In this document: positions 9,975 through 19,885 of the stretch, piece after piece | How the letters are laid out: every line of letters starts with the position of its first letter | Numbering within the stretch: position 1 is the first letter of the stretch | DNA from: Thermoplasmata archaeon | GTDB lineage: Archaea; Thermoplasmatota; E2; JACPAO01; JAHFTW01 | DNA length: 64,000 bases | Direction of reading: 5' to 3' | Assembly: GCA_034667725.1 (NCBI GenBank) | Contig: JAXDQS010000003.1 | Coordinates: forward strand, 1-64,000 | The notes under the pieces: model-generated | What the model saw: the letters and a program-made list of their open reading frames with translations, nothing else | The model's database searches: none | Told to the model about the DNA's origin: nothing | Made by a program: the position numbers and the translations under genes

Positions 9975-12080
9975 ATGGTCGGGTCGCCCCTAGGCTGGAG
10001 CCTGGCAGCGTGCGCTGTGCTGCTTGGGCTCGCCTTGGCCGTGCAGGCCCATGACCCGGACCTGACGCCCGCCGAGGCCGTGGGTAACCCCGCGGGCCTG
10101 GCGGGGATCGAGTTCCGCGGCCCAGTCGGCACCCCGATCGAGAAGACGCCGTGCGAGCCCATCCCGGACGCGGACAAGGCGATGTACTCCGACGGCGGCA
10201 CCGCCGGCGGCCACATGGGCCACATCTCGCAGGTGGTCGCCACCAAGCCGACGGCCCCCGGCAGCTCGTTCATCCTGCCCGCCAGCGTGGACCTCTGGCA
10301 CTTCTATGACTCCACGTACAACAACCCCTCCCAGATCGAGGGCCCGTCCCCGTCCCAGGGCGTCATGCTCGGCACGGACGGCTTCTTCCGCGGCGAGATG
10401 AGCGAGGACGTCCTCGACGGCACCGGCATCGACATGCAGGTCACCGACGTCCACGACACCCGCACCTACTGCCTCTACGGCGGCCTCGTCAAGGAGGGCC
10501 CGTTCTTCTTCATCGACTCCACCTACCGTGACCCGGTCAAGATCACGATGACGGACCTGGACCTGAACATCTTCTACGCCCCGCTGTTCATGACGGAGTA
10601 CCCGGGCGAGCCCGTTCGGCTGCGCTTCTTCTTCCCCGTAGCCTCGGTCTACGACGACCCCGGCCTGGTGGTCGACTTCGTCCACACCAACCTTGACGCC
10701 CCGCTCAACCTCACCCTCGACCCCGGCGTCCGGTTCGAGGACAAGAGCAGCCTGCCGCGCGGCGTCCTGGCCATCGGCACCACCACGTACCGCTGGGAGT
10801 TCGGCGACGGCGCCATCGCGAGCGGGGTCGGGGCGGCCGCCCGGGTCGCCAACCACGAGTACGCCGACGACGGCGTGTACACCTCCTGCCTGCGCGTGAC
10901 CACCAAGGAGGGCGACACCGACCGCGTCTGCCAGCCGGTCAAGATCAACAACCGGCCGCCCGTGGCCTTCTTCGAGTGCCCCGTCGTCGTGCGCGGCACC
11001 GTCTCGCAGTTCGCCGACTCCTCCACCGACCGCGACGGCACCATCGACGCCTGGCTGTGGGGCTTCGGCGACGGCACCTCCGACACCGTGGCCGCGGCCG
11101 AGCACCAGTACGACGCCACCGACGACTACGCCATCACGCTCACCGTCTGGGACGACGATGGCGCCAGCGACACCCGCGGCCGCACCTGCCCCGCGCCCGG
11201 CCCGCCCAACCGCCCGCCGGTCATCGACCCCATCCCGACCTACAACGTGCCCGCCGGCACCGAGGTGTCGTTCACCGTCACCGCCTACGACCCGGACGGC
11301 GACACCGTCACGCTCCGCGCCGTCGGGTTGCCGCCCGGCGCCACCTTCGACCCGCTCACCGGCGTGTTCCGCTGGAAGGCCGACCGGGCCGGCTACTTCC
11401 CGGACATCATGTTCGAGGCCCGCGACCCGAGCGGCCTCGTGGACAACGGCGGCACCGACGTCCGGGTCTACGCCCCAAGCATCGACTCCGACAACGACGG
11501 CGTCCAGGACGGCGCCGACAACTGCGCCGGCGCCACCAACCTCGACCAAGGCGACGACGACCGCGACGGCCAAGGCGACGGCTGCTCCGCCAGCGCCGCG
11601 CACGACGGCTCCGGCCCCGCCGACCCCTCCGGCCACGCCCTTTCCGCCAGCCTCGACACCGACGGCGACACCCACGCCGACAGCGCCGACAACTGCCCCC
11701 AGGTCGCCAACCGCGACCAGGCCGACCGCGACCGCGACGGCCTGGGCGACATGTGCGACGCCGACGAGGACGGCGACGGGGTCGCCACCGACGCGGGCAG
11801 CTACATCGACAACTGCCCCGCCCTGGCGAACCCCGACCAGGCCGACGCCGACCGGGACGGCCGCGGCGACGCCTGCGACGAGCTGGCCGCCGACGGCGGC
11901 CGCGACGCCGGCGGCGCGCGCCTGCCGGCGGCCGGGCTCGCGCCGGAGTCGGCCGCGGGCGCCCTGGTGGCGGCCGTCGGCTGGGCCCTCGGCGGCGCCC
12001 TCGCCATCCTGCTGGCCGGCATCGGGCTGGCGTTCCTGCTGCGGCGCCAGAACCAGGAGCAGGGCCCAGGGAATCCGTAG
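9975..12080 (+). CDS. Cell-surface protein with PKD domains, Ig-like domain and thrombospondin type-3 repeats
   Basis: Signal peptide; WEFGDG/WGFGDG PKD motifs; LPPGATFDPLTGVFRW; DNC..NxDQxDxDxDGxGDxC repeats; C-terminal TM plus RR. Confidence 0.85.
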   Translation: MVGSPLGWSLAACAVLLGLALAVQAHDPDLTPAEAVGNPAGLAGIEFRGPVGTPIEKTPCEPIPDADKAMYSDGGTAGGHMGHISQVVATKPTAPGSSFILPASVDLWHFYDSTYNNPSQIEGPSPSQGVMLGTDGFFRGEMSEDVLDGTGIDMQVTDVHDTRTYCLYGGLVKEGPFFFIDSTYRDPVKITMTDLDLNIFYAPLFMTEYPGEPVRLRFFFPVASVYDDPGLVVDFVHTNLDAPLNLTLDPGVRFEDKSSLPRGVLAIGTTTYRWEFGDGAIASGVGAAARVANHEYADDGVYTSCLRVTTKEGDTDRVCQPVKINNRPPVAFFECPVVVRGTVSQFADSSTDRDGTIDAWLWGFGDGTSDTVAAAEHQYDATDDYAITLTVWDDDGASDTRGRTCPAPGPPNRPPVIDPIPTYNVPAGTEVSFTVTAYDPDGDTVTLRAVGLPPGATFDPLTGVFRWKADRAGYFPDIMFEARDPSGLVDNGGTDVRVYAPSIDSDNDGVQDGADNCAGATNLDQGDDDRDGQGDGCSASAAHDGSGPADPSGHALSASLDTDGDTHADSADNCPQVANRDQADRDRDGLGDMCDADEDGDGVATDAGSYIDNCPALANPDQADADRDGRGDACDELAADGGRDAGGARLPAAGLAPESAAGALVAAVGWALGGALAILLAGIGLAFLLRRQNQEQGPGNP

Positions 12081-12156
12081 GGCCGCTGCGCCAAACGGAC
12101 GCCACCGGACCCAACCTTCAACAACCCCTCGGGGGATGCCCTTTCCGGTCGGGTCG

Positions 12157-14451
12157 ATGATCAACGGGCACGTTCGAAGGAGCCTGTGGGCTTTCGCGGC
12201 GGTTCTTGCCGGCGCCGGGGCCATCCTGCTGCTGGCGGCGGCCGCGGAGGCGTCCCACTTCCGCGGCGGCACGATGTACGCCATGCCGTCGGACGACGAC
12301 CCCCTCAACGTCACCTTCGAGGGCCGCATCGCCTTCAAGGCGACCTACTTCGGCCTGACGTCGGGCAGCTGCGTCACGGGCGGCTACGTCAGCATCACCG
12401 GCTCCGACGACCTGTACTTCGGCGACGGCGGCTCGTCCAAGTTCAAGCTCCAGATCACCTCGTGCAACTGGGCGGAGGACTGGTTCGTCGGCAAGATGGC
12501 CACCCTGGCCGGCGTCGAGGGCATCAACCACACCTACCCCGCCCCGACCAACGGCGGCAGCCCCTGGCTCGCCTACTGGGAAAGCAGCGCACGCCTCGGC
12601 ACCAACCACATCAACAACCCGAACATCGCCTGGCGCCTGGAGTCCGAGGTGGACCTCGCCGACCCGGCCAACAACCCGGTGCGGCCGTTCGTCCCGCCCG
12701 TGGTGCAGTGCACCATCGCCACCGTCTGCAACGTCCCGATCCCGTTCGCCGACGACGACGTGGAGGACGTCCACACCCTGCGCTGGGCGACCTCGGCCGA
12801 GGCCACCGGCGGCAGCACGTTCTACCAGCCTGGCCCGTGCCCCGGCTGCGGCGGCGCCCTCGCGGCCACCCTCGACCCCACCGACCACTACATCGAGTGG
12901 GACACCACCGGCGCCGCCCTCAGCTCGCCGCGCACCTACTACTCCACCCAGGTCATGATCGAGGACGGCCGCGCCAAGGTCCCGATGGACTTCCTCATCC
13001 AGCTGGTGGACGGCGAGCGGCCCTACTGGGTCACCCCGCCCAGCCCGTGCGGCGAGAAGCTTGCCGTGCTGCAAGGCGCCACCCTGGAGTTCACGGTCGA
13101 GGCCAAGTCCGACGACATCGAGCGCATCATCGAGATCCTGGCCCTGGAGTTCCCCAAGGGCGCCGTCATCACCATCGACGCGCCGGGCAACCCGACCCGC
13201 GCCACGCTGCGCTGGGACACCACCGCGGACACCGCGCTCGGCAACTACCTGGCCATCTTCTTCGCCCAGGACGACATCGGCTTGCAGGCCACCATCTGCT
13301 CGGTCAACATCCTCGTCGTCCCGCGCCCGGAGCTGGACTTCACCTGGGTGTTCACCACCACGGCCCCCAAGGACCTCACGTTGGACCAGGTCGCCTTCTA
13401 CGACCGCACCAAGATCGGCGGCCACATGGCGCACATCCCGCGCAGCTACCTCTGGACCTTCTCCGACCCGCGCGACCCGGCCACGGCCACCCTCCAGGAC
13501 CCGCAGCACATGTTCCGCAAGGCCGCCGTGTACGAAGTCTGCATGAAGCTCACGTTCCACATGGGCAAGGACTACAGCGACATGGTGTGCCATGAGGTGC
13601 GCGTCAACAACCGTCCGCCCGACGCCAAGGCCACGCTGCTCTCCGTCACCGGCGCCCGCGCCACCTACACCGACGACGGCTTCGACGCCGACGGCACCGT
13701 CGTCGCCTGGGGCTGGAACTTCGCCGACGGCGGCTTCGGCGAGAGCTTCGCCATGGGCCACGAGTTCTACAAGCCCGGCACCTACCTGGTCTGCGTCACC
13801 GTCACCGACGACAACGGCGCCACCGCCTCCGACTGCGTCCCGACCCGCATCGAGATTCCCCAGCAGCGCACCGACACCGACCTCGACGGCGTCGTGGACT
13901 CCGCCGACAACTGCCCCGAGCTCTCCAACCGCGACCAGGCGGACGGCGACCGCAACGGCATCGGCGACGCCTGCCAGCCGCTCCTGCCCCCGCGCCAGGA
14001 GCCGCCCCAGGTCGGCGCCGTCCCCCAGGCGTCGGCGGGCGCCGACCAGGACAGCGACGGCGTGGCCGACGCGGCCGACAACTGCGTCGCCGCCGCCAAC
14101 CGCGACCAGTCCGACCTCGACCGCGACAACCTCGGCGACGCCTGCGACCTGGACGTGGACGGCGACGGCGCGGCCCAGGCCGGCAGCCAGCCGGACGCCA
14201 TCCTCGACAACTGCCCGCGCGTGGCCAACGACCAGCGCGACGGCGACGGCGACGGCGTCGGCGACGCCTGCGACCTCGACGGCGTCCAGGCAGCCCTTGG
14301 CCTGCCGCGCACCGAGGAGCTGGCCGGCCCCGCCGAGATGAAGCAGGCGGCGGACTCGCCGCTGCCGTGGTTCATCGGCGTCGGCGTCGGCCTGGCGCTG
14401 GCCGCCTTGGCCGCCGTGCTGTGCGTCTGGGCCGTGCGCCGCTGGGAATGA
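12157..14451 (+). CDS. Cell-surface PKD/TSP3 protein with SHFRGG N-terminal domain
   Basis: Real gene is the 3' part of track ORF 11158 (ATG 12157, alternative 12136); signal peptide ending AEA-SHFRGG; PKD and TSP3 repeats; TM plus WAVRRWE. Confidence 0.85.
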   Translation: MINGHVRRSLWAFAAVLAGAGAILLLAAAAEASHFRGGTMYAMPSDDDPLNVTFEGRIAFKATYFGLTSGSCVTGGYVSITGSDDLYFGDGGSSKFKLQITSCNWAEDWFVGKMATLAGVEGINHTYPAPTNGGSPWLAYWESSARLGTNHINNPNIAWRLESEVDLADPANNPVRPFVPPVVQCTIATVCNVPIPFADDDVEDVHTLRWATSAEATGGSTFYQPGPCPGCGGALAATLDPTDHYIEWDTTGAALSSPRTYYSTQVMIEDGRAKVPMDFLIQLVDGERPYWVTPPSPCGEKLAVLQGATLEFTVEAKSDDIERIIEILALEFPKGAVITIDAPGNPTRATLRWDTTADTALGNYLAIFFAQDDIGLQATICSVNILVVPRPELDFTWVFTTTAPKDLTLDQVAFYDRTKIGGHMAHIPRSYLWTFSDPRDPATATLQDPQHMFRKAAVYEVCMKLTFHMGKDYSDMVCHEVRVNNRPPDAKATLLSVTGARATYTDDGFDADGTVVAWGWNFADGGFGESFAMGHEFYKPGTYLVCVTVTDDNGATASDCVPTRIEIPQQRTDTDLDGVVDSADNCPELSNRDQADGDRNGIGDACQPLLPPRQEPPQVGAVPQASAGADQDSDGVADAADNCVAAANRDQSDLDRDNLGDACDLDVDGDGAAQAGSQPDAILDNCPRVANDQRDGDGDGVGDACDLDGVQAALGLPRTEELAGPAEMKQAADSPLPWFIGVGVGLALAALAAVLCVWAVRRWE

Positions 14452-14516
14452 GCGGACAGGGGACGGCTCGCAATGGTTAAGGGCGCCATCCCCGGTTGGG
14501 CGACGGTCGTGGCCTA

Positions 14517-16889
14517 GTGGCAACCTTCCTCCAAGCCTCATCCCTGCGCTGGACCCTTGCCCTCGTGGCCGTCGCCGGCGCCCTCGCTGGCGTCGCGCTG
14601 CTGCTGGCGCAGGAGGCCGAGGCCAGCCACTACCGCGGCGGCACGCTCTACGCCGTCCCCGCCGGCAACAACTCGGTCCAGTTCGAGGGCCGCCTGATGT
14701 GGAAGATTTCCCAGCCGGCCTACTTCTGGGGCACGCCGTCGGCCTGCACCGTGGGCGCCACCTTCTCGAGTGTTGCGGCCAGCAACGCCATCGTGACTGG
14801 CAGCGGCCCCAGCATCCCGTTCGGCATCCGCGTGCTGTCGTGCAACGTCGCGCAGGACTGGTTCGTCTCCAAGATCATCGACCCGAGCACCGGCGCCGAC
14901 GGCGTCCCGTTCACCTACCCCGCGCCGCTCGACCCGGACGGCAACCCCTGGGTCGCCTTCTGGGAGGCCGCCTCCCGCCTCGACACGACCGCGCCCAACT
15001 ACCACGTCAACAACCCCGACGTCGGGTGGCGCCTCGAGACCTTGGTCGACCTGTCCGGCGTGCCCGACAACCCGCCGCGCCCCTTCGTCCCGCCTGTCGT
15101 GCAGTGCCCGACCGCGGGGGCGTGCACCGTCCCGATCCCGCTGGCCGACGCCGACGCCGGCGACACCCACAGCTACCGCTTCGCCACCTCCACCGAGGCG
15201 ATGTGCCAGGTCCCGATCCCAGCGCTTCCCGGCTACTGCCCCGGCGGCGCCTTCTACCAGCCCGGCGACCCGGCCTGCCCTACCTGCGGCACGGCGGCGC
15301 CGGCCACCGTCGATCCCTACGCCGGCCAGCTCGACTGGGTCACGACCGGCGCGACCCTCGGCCCCGCGGGCTCCGCGACCCTCTACTCGGCGCAGGTGAT
15401 GGTGGACGACGGCCGCGAGCACGTCGCCATGGACTTCCTGATCCAGCTCATCGACGGCGCCCCGCCCGAATGGGTCATCCCGCCCAGCCCATGCGGCGAG
15501 CGGCTGGAAGTGATGCAGGGCGAGACCATCGTGTTCGAGCTGCAGGCGCGCTCGCCCGACCCCGACCGCGTCGTCGAGATCATCCCGCTCGACGTCCCCG
15601 CCGGCGCCACCGTCGCCCTCGGCGCGCCCGCCAACCCGGTGGACGGGACCTTCACCTGGACGACCAGCGTGACGACGCCGCTCGGCGAGTACCTGTCGGT
15701 GTTCTTCGCCCAGGACGACCTCGGCCTGTCCGCCCGCGCCTGCGTCGTCGCCATCCGGGTCATCCCGATCCCCACGCCGGACTTCACCTGGGTCTTCACC
15801 ACCACCGCGCCCGAGGACCTCACCAACGACGTGGTCGCCTTCCAGGACATCACCGAGTACCCGCGCACGACCTCGCCGGCGCCCCGCAGCTACGCCTGGG
15901 ACTTCGCGGACCCGCTCGACACCGCCCCCGGCCTGGTCGCGGCGCCCGGCCATGTCTTCCAGAACGACGGCGACTACCTCGTCTGCATGGAGGTCACGCT
16001 CGAGTTCGCGGTCCCGCGCAGCATGGAGGCGTGCCACGTCGTCCACGCCAACAACCGGCCGCCCGTGCCGTTCCCGCACACCATGCGCGCCGCCGGCACC
16101 CAAGCCTGGTTCGGCGCCGTCGCCTCCGACCCCGACGGCCAGGTCGTCGCGTTGCTGTGGGAGTTCGGCGACGGCACCACCTCCGACGAGGCCCAGCCGC
16201 TGCACGCCTACGAGCCCGGCGTCTACGAGGTCTGCCTCACCGCCACCGACGACGACGGCGCCACCGGCCGCTCCTGCCTCCAGCTCATCGTCCGCGATCC
16301 CCAGATGCGCGTGGACACCGACCTCGACGGCGTCGAGGACAACGCCGACAACTGCCCCGAGGCCGCCAACCGCGACCAGGCCGACGGCGACCGCGACGGC
16401 CAAGGCGACGCCTGCGAGGGCGCCGCCGCCGGCGACCCGCGCGCCCCGCCTGCCGACCCGCGCGTGCTGCCGCCCCTGGAGGACACCGACGGCGACGGCG
16501 TCCGGAACGCGGCCGACAACTGCCCGCTCACCCCAAGCCGCGACCAGGCCGACCTCGACCGCGACGGCCAAGGCGACGCCTGCGACCTCGACCTCGACGG
16601 CGACGGCATCGCCCAGGCCAGCGCCCGCGCCGACGACATCCTCGACAACTGCCCCGCCGTCGCCAACGACCAGCACGACGCCGACGGCGACGGCCGCGGC
16701 GACGCCTGCGACGCCGACGGCGCCCAAGGCGGCCCCGCGCCGAAGGCGGCGGGGCAGGCCGGCGCCCGGCTCGGCGGCACGCCGCAGGACGGCACCTCCG
16801 GGCCGCTGCTGCTGGCGCTCGCGGCGGCCGGCGGCATGGCGGCCTTGGTGGCCCTCGTGGCCGTGTGGGCCGTGCGGCGCTGGAAGTGA
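14517..16889 (+). CDS. Cell-surface PKD/TSP3 protein with SHYRGG N-terminal domain (paralog of the previous gene)
   Basis: GTG 14517 downstream of GTTAAG at 14476; colinear with the 12157 protein (RPFVPPVVQC, PPSPCGE, DFTWVFTTTAP); ends WAVRRWK. Confidence 0.85.
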   Translation: MATFLQASSLRWTLALVAVAGALAGVALLLAQEAEASHYRGGTLYAVPAGNNSVQFEGRLMWKISQPAYFWGTPSACTVGATFSSVAASNAIVTGSGPSIPFGIRVLSCNVAQDWFVSKIIDPSTGADGVPFTYPAPLDPDGNPWVAFWEAASRLDTTAPNYHVNNPDVGWRLETLVDLSGVPDNPPRPFVPPVVQCPTAGACTVPIPLADADAGDTHSYRFATSTEAMCQVPIPALPGYCPGGAFYQPGDPACPTCGTAAPATVDPYAGQLDWVTTGATLGPAGSATLYSAQVMVDDGREHVAMDFLIQLIDGAPPEWVIPPSPCGERLEVMQGETIVFELQARSPDPDRVVEIIPLDVPAGATVALGAPANPVDGTFTWTTSVTTPLGEYLSVFFAQDDLGLSARACVVAIRVIPIPTPDFTWVFTTTAPEDLTNDVVAFQDITEYPRTTSPAPRSYAWDFADPLDTAPGLVAAPGHVFQNDGDYLVCMEVTLEFAVPRSMEACHVVHANNRPPVPFPHTMRAAGTQAWFGAVASDPDGQVVALLWEFGDGTTSDEAQPLHAYEPGVYEVCLTATDDDGATGRSCLQLIVRDPQMRVDTDLDGVEDNADNCPEAANRDQADGDRDGQGDACEGAAAGDPRAPPADPRVLPPLEDTDGDGVRNAADNCPLTPSRDQADLDRDGQGDACDLDLDGDGIAQASARADDILDNCPAVANDQHDADGDGRGDACDADGAQGGPAPKAAGQAGARLGGTPQDGTSGPLLLALAAAGGMAALVALVAVWAVRRWK

Positions 16890-16920
16890 GGCTTAAGCCC
16901 GCCCGCCGGCCTCGGCGCGT

Positions 16921-17724
16921 GTGCTGACGGCCGCCCTCCGCCTCGCCTACGACGGCGGCCGCTTCGACTCGTACGCCCGGATGCCCGGGCGCGACACGGT
17001 CGAGGACGCGCTCTTGGCGGCGCTGCATCCCGAGGGCTACGTCGAGGGCACGTTCCGCACCGGCAGCCGCACCGACGCCGGCGTGTCCGCGCTGGAGAAC
17101 TGCTGCCGCGCCACCTTCGACCGGCCGCACCTCCAAGGCCTGGTGCCGGCGGTGCAGCGCAACCTCCCCGACGGCCTGTGGGTGACGGCGGCAACGGAAG
17201 TGCCTGACACCTGGAACCCGCGCCACGCCCGCCGACGCCGCTACCGCTACTTCGCCTTCGACCGCGGCGAGGCGCTGGCGCCCATGCAGCAGGCGGCCGC
17301 CGCCTTCGTGGGCCGCCACGACATGCGGGCGTTCGCGCGGCTGGAGGAAGGCCGCGACCCGCAGCGCAACGTCTTCGCCTTCGAGGTCGCCGCCGGCCCC
17401 GACGGCTGGGAGTTCGCGGCCGAGGGCGACGGCTTCCTGTGGAACCAGGTGCGCCGCATGGTGGGCGCCACCTTGGCCGTCGGGCGCGGCGAGGCGCCGC
17501 CCGAGGCCATCGCGGCCAGCCTGGCGTCAGGGACGCCGCACCCGCGCTTCCGCCTGGTGGCCGCCGAGGGCCTGGTGCTGGAGCAGGTGGCGTACGACGG
17601 CCTGGCGTGGGACCCGAAGGCGGGCCGGCTCGGGCCGCAGCTGGTCGGGCGCATGCACCAGGACGCGCGGGCCCGGATGCGGCTGGCGCGGCACCTGCGC
17701 GAGCTTGCGCCGTGGCCGGCCTAG
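16921..17724 (+). CDS. truA: tRNA pseudouridine(38-40) synthase TruA
   Basis: LAYDG, GSRTDAGVSA, RRYRY, FLWNQVRRMVG, AAEGLVL; CTTAAG 23 nt upstream. Confidence 0.93.
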   Translation: MLTAALRLAYDGGRFDSYARMPGRDTVEDALLAALHPEGYVEGTFRTGSRTDAGVSALENCCRATFDRPHLQGLVPAVQRNLPDGLWVTAATEVPDTWNPRHARRRRYRYFAFDRGEALAPMQQAAAAFVGRHDMRAFARLEEGRDPQRNVFAFEVAAGPDGWEFAAEGDGFLWNQVRRMVGATLAVGRGEAPPEAIAASLASGTPHPRFRLVAAEGLVLEQVAYDGLAWDPKAGRLGPQLVGRMHQDARARMRLARHLRELAPWPA

Positions 17725-18233
17725 GCGACGGACGGGCCGGCGGCGCCGTCCACGCACATCGTGACGGTGCGCCCGATGCTGGCCGACGGCAGGGTCGGGA
17801 CCAGCGGCGTCACGGTGGCCTGCATCGTGTAGAGGACGCAGGAGCCGGCGCCGACGTCGACGGTGAAGGTCGGGTCCGCCGCGCCGCAGCCGCCCCAGGC
17901 GCCGGGCTGGAGCTGGTCGCACGACTCCGGGGGCGAGCCGGTGCAGCGCGACTCGAAGTGGACCGGGACCTCGTTGGAGAAGCTAGAGCCGCAGGTGACG
18001 ACGAACTGGCACGAGAGGTAGATGGCGCCGGACTTGACGCAGGCCGCGCCGGCGTTGTCGACCTGGCCGACCAGGCCGCCGTTGACGGTGCACCAGGTGC
18101 GGGGCATCCCGGCGAGGGTCGAGTCGCAGCGGTCCTCGTCGCCCCAGGCGAAGAACCACGCGCTGGCGGCGGGGGCGGCGACGAGGGCGGCGAGCAGGCA
18201 GACGGCCGTTGCGGGCAAGGCGAGGGTGCGCAT
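17721..18233 (-). CDS. Secreted cysteine-rich hypothetical protein (170 aa)
   Basis: MRTLALPATAVCLLAALVAAPAASA signal peptide; 10 Cys in the mature part. Confidence 0.7.
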   Translation of the reverse strand: MRTLALPATAVCLLAALVAAPAASAWFFAWGDEDRCDSTLAGMPRTWCTVNGGLVGQVDNAGAACVKSGAIYLSCQFVVTCGSSFSNEVPVHFESRCTGSPPESCDQLQPGAWGGCGAADPTFTVDVGAGSCVLYTMQATVTPLVPTLPSASIGRTVTMCVDGAAGPSVA

Positions 18234-18320
18234 CAGGAAACCCGCGCGCCGACCCGAGGCCCGTCGGATAAGCGCTGTAGCCGAAGTGGGAACATGGCGC
18301 CCACCTCCAACCGCCCCACT

Positions 18321-18757
18321 GGACACAGATTCCACAGACGGTCTGCGAGAATCTTCCCAATCTGAGGAAATCAGTGCCCGTCGCGGGCCGCCGACTAGAC
18401 ACGGATTCCACAGAGTTCTGAGGGAATCTTCCGAATCTGAGCGAATCGGTGCTCGTCGCGTGCCGCCGACTGGACACGGATCCACAGAGTTCTGTGAGAA
18501 TCTTCCGAATCAGTGCGAATCAGTGATCGTGGCGCGCCGCCGACTGGACACGAATTCCACAGAGTTCTGAGGGAATCTTCGAATCGTGCGAATCAGTGCC
18601 CGTGGCGCGGCGCCGACCTGACACAGATTCCACAGACCTTCTGAGGGAATCTTTCGAATCTGGGGAAATCCGTGCGTGGCGCGCCTCCGATTGGACACGA
18701 AATTCCACAGGTCTCTGAGGGAATCTTCCGAATCTGAGCGAATCGGTGCCCGTCGCG
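18321..18757 (-). repeat. REP/BIME-like array, six degenerate ~73-76-bp units (reverse complement of the 8146 unit)
   Basis: GACAC.GATTCCACAG...GAATCTTCCGAATC units at about 18321, 18397, 18472, 18546, 18619 and 18693; abuts the tyrS stop codon. Confidence 0.9.
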
Positions 18758-19837
18758 TCAACGGGTCTTGCGCGCCGCCTGCACGAACGCCAGGTCGTCC
18801 GGGTGCTTCTCGAAGTAAGCCCGCACCGGCTCCAGCAGCCCGATCACAGCCTCCGCGACCGCGTTCTTGAGGTCCATCGGGTGCAGCGCGCCGCCCGCGT
18901 AGTCGGCCAGGACGTCGTCCAGCAAGGCGTAGTGCTTGTCGCCGCCGAACTTCGCCGGCCGCCTCACCGTCAAGCCGTTGGTGCGCGGCCACACCACCAG
19001 CCGCAGCAACGCGACCACCGGGTTGCCGTTGGCCTCCTTTGCGGGGCAATGCGCGCCCTTGAGCTTGCGGCGCACCTCGTCCGGCGTGTCGTGGATGAAG
19101 ATGCCCGAGTCCGGGTTCGACTTGCTCATCTTGTTCGCGAGCGCCAACGCCTCGGGGCTGGCGGTGGCGTCCATGCGGCCCGCGTCGGCGCTGAGGCTCG
19201 GCACGAGCGGCGTGTGGATGGCCACCGGCGGCACGAACCCGAGTTTGGGCGCGACGTCCTTGGCGAGCATGTGGGCGTGGCGCTGGTCGAGGCCGCCGTA
19301 CGCGATGTCGATGCCCATGTGGAAGATGTCGGCCACCTGCATAGCGGGGTAGAGGAACTTGGACACGTCGCCGTCGGCCTCGTCCTCGCCGCGGCCCATG
19401 ATGGTCATCGCGCGCCGCATCCGCGCCAGCGTCGTGTGCTTGGCGACCTTGAGCACCAGCGCCCAGTAGTCCGGGTCGCTGGCCAGCTCCTCCGCGAACT
19501 TGTAGGTCACGCCTTTTTCGGGGACGCCAAGTGCTGCGAACGCCTGCTGCATGTAGCGCCCGCACCGCTGGATGGCCGCCAGGTCGCCGCCGAGCTTGTC
19601 GTTGATCTGCGCGTGCCAGTCCGCCAGCAGGATGGTGACCTCGCAGCCCGCCTCCACCAGCCGCTTCACCATGTCGGTGCAGACCATCCAGCCGATGTGC
19701 GCCGTGCCGGACGGCTCGAAGCCGATGTAGGCGTGGATGCGCTCGCCCTTGGCCGCTCGCTCCAGCAACGCCGCCAGCTCCGGCTCCGACACGACCTCGG
19801 TGGCCGCGGCCCGGACGCGCTCGAACGCCTCGCTCAC
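18758..19837 (-). CDS. tyrS: Tyrosine--tRNA ligase (archaeal type)
   Basis: AYIGFEPSG..HIG, LADWHA.INDK, YPAMQ.ADIF, GGLDQR, KMSKS, LHPMDLK; GTG start at 19837 fits TATA at 19859-19864. Confidence 0.95.
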   Translation of the reverse strand: MSEAFERVRAAATEVVSEPELAALLERAAKGERIHAYIGFEPSGTAHIGWMVCTDMVKRLVEAGCEVTILLADWHAQINDKLGGDLAAIQRCGRYMQQAFAALGVPEKGVTYKFAEELASDPDYWALVLKVAKHTTLARMRRAMTIMGRGEDEADGDVSKFLYPAMQVADIFHMGIDIAYGGLDQRHAHMLAKDVAPKLGFVPPVAIHTPLVPSLSADAGRMDATASPEALALANKMSKSNPDSGIFIHDTPDEVRRKLKGAHCPAKEANGNPVVALLRLVVWPRTNGLTVRRPAKFGGDKHYALLDDVLADYAGGALHPMDLKNAVAEAVIGLLEPVRAYFEKHPDDLAFVQAARKTR

Positions 19838-19858
19838 GGCCCCCTCTAGGTTCCGGCG

Positions 19859-19864
19859 TTTATA
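19859..19864. promoter_or_regulatory. Putative bidirectional TATA box (TTTATA / TATAAA)
   Basis: Only AT-rich hexamer between tyrS and the divergent 31-aa ORF; 21 nt from each GTG. Confidence 0.6.
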
Positions 19865-19885
19865 GGAGGTCGCCCATGCCGCGGC

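Noticed and set aside
11158-12135. N-terminal Thr/Pro/Ala-rich extension of ORF 11158..14451
   Set aside because: An alternative frame of the upstream TSP3 gene; the credible signal peptide starts at 12136/12157.
11480-16720. Recurrent GACGGCGAC/GACAACTGC DNA repeats as a non-coding repeat or DGR template
   Set aside because: They simply encode TSP3 Asp-rich repeats; no adenine-specific variation pattern or reverse transcriptase was seen.
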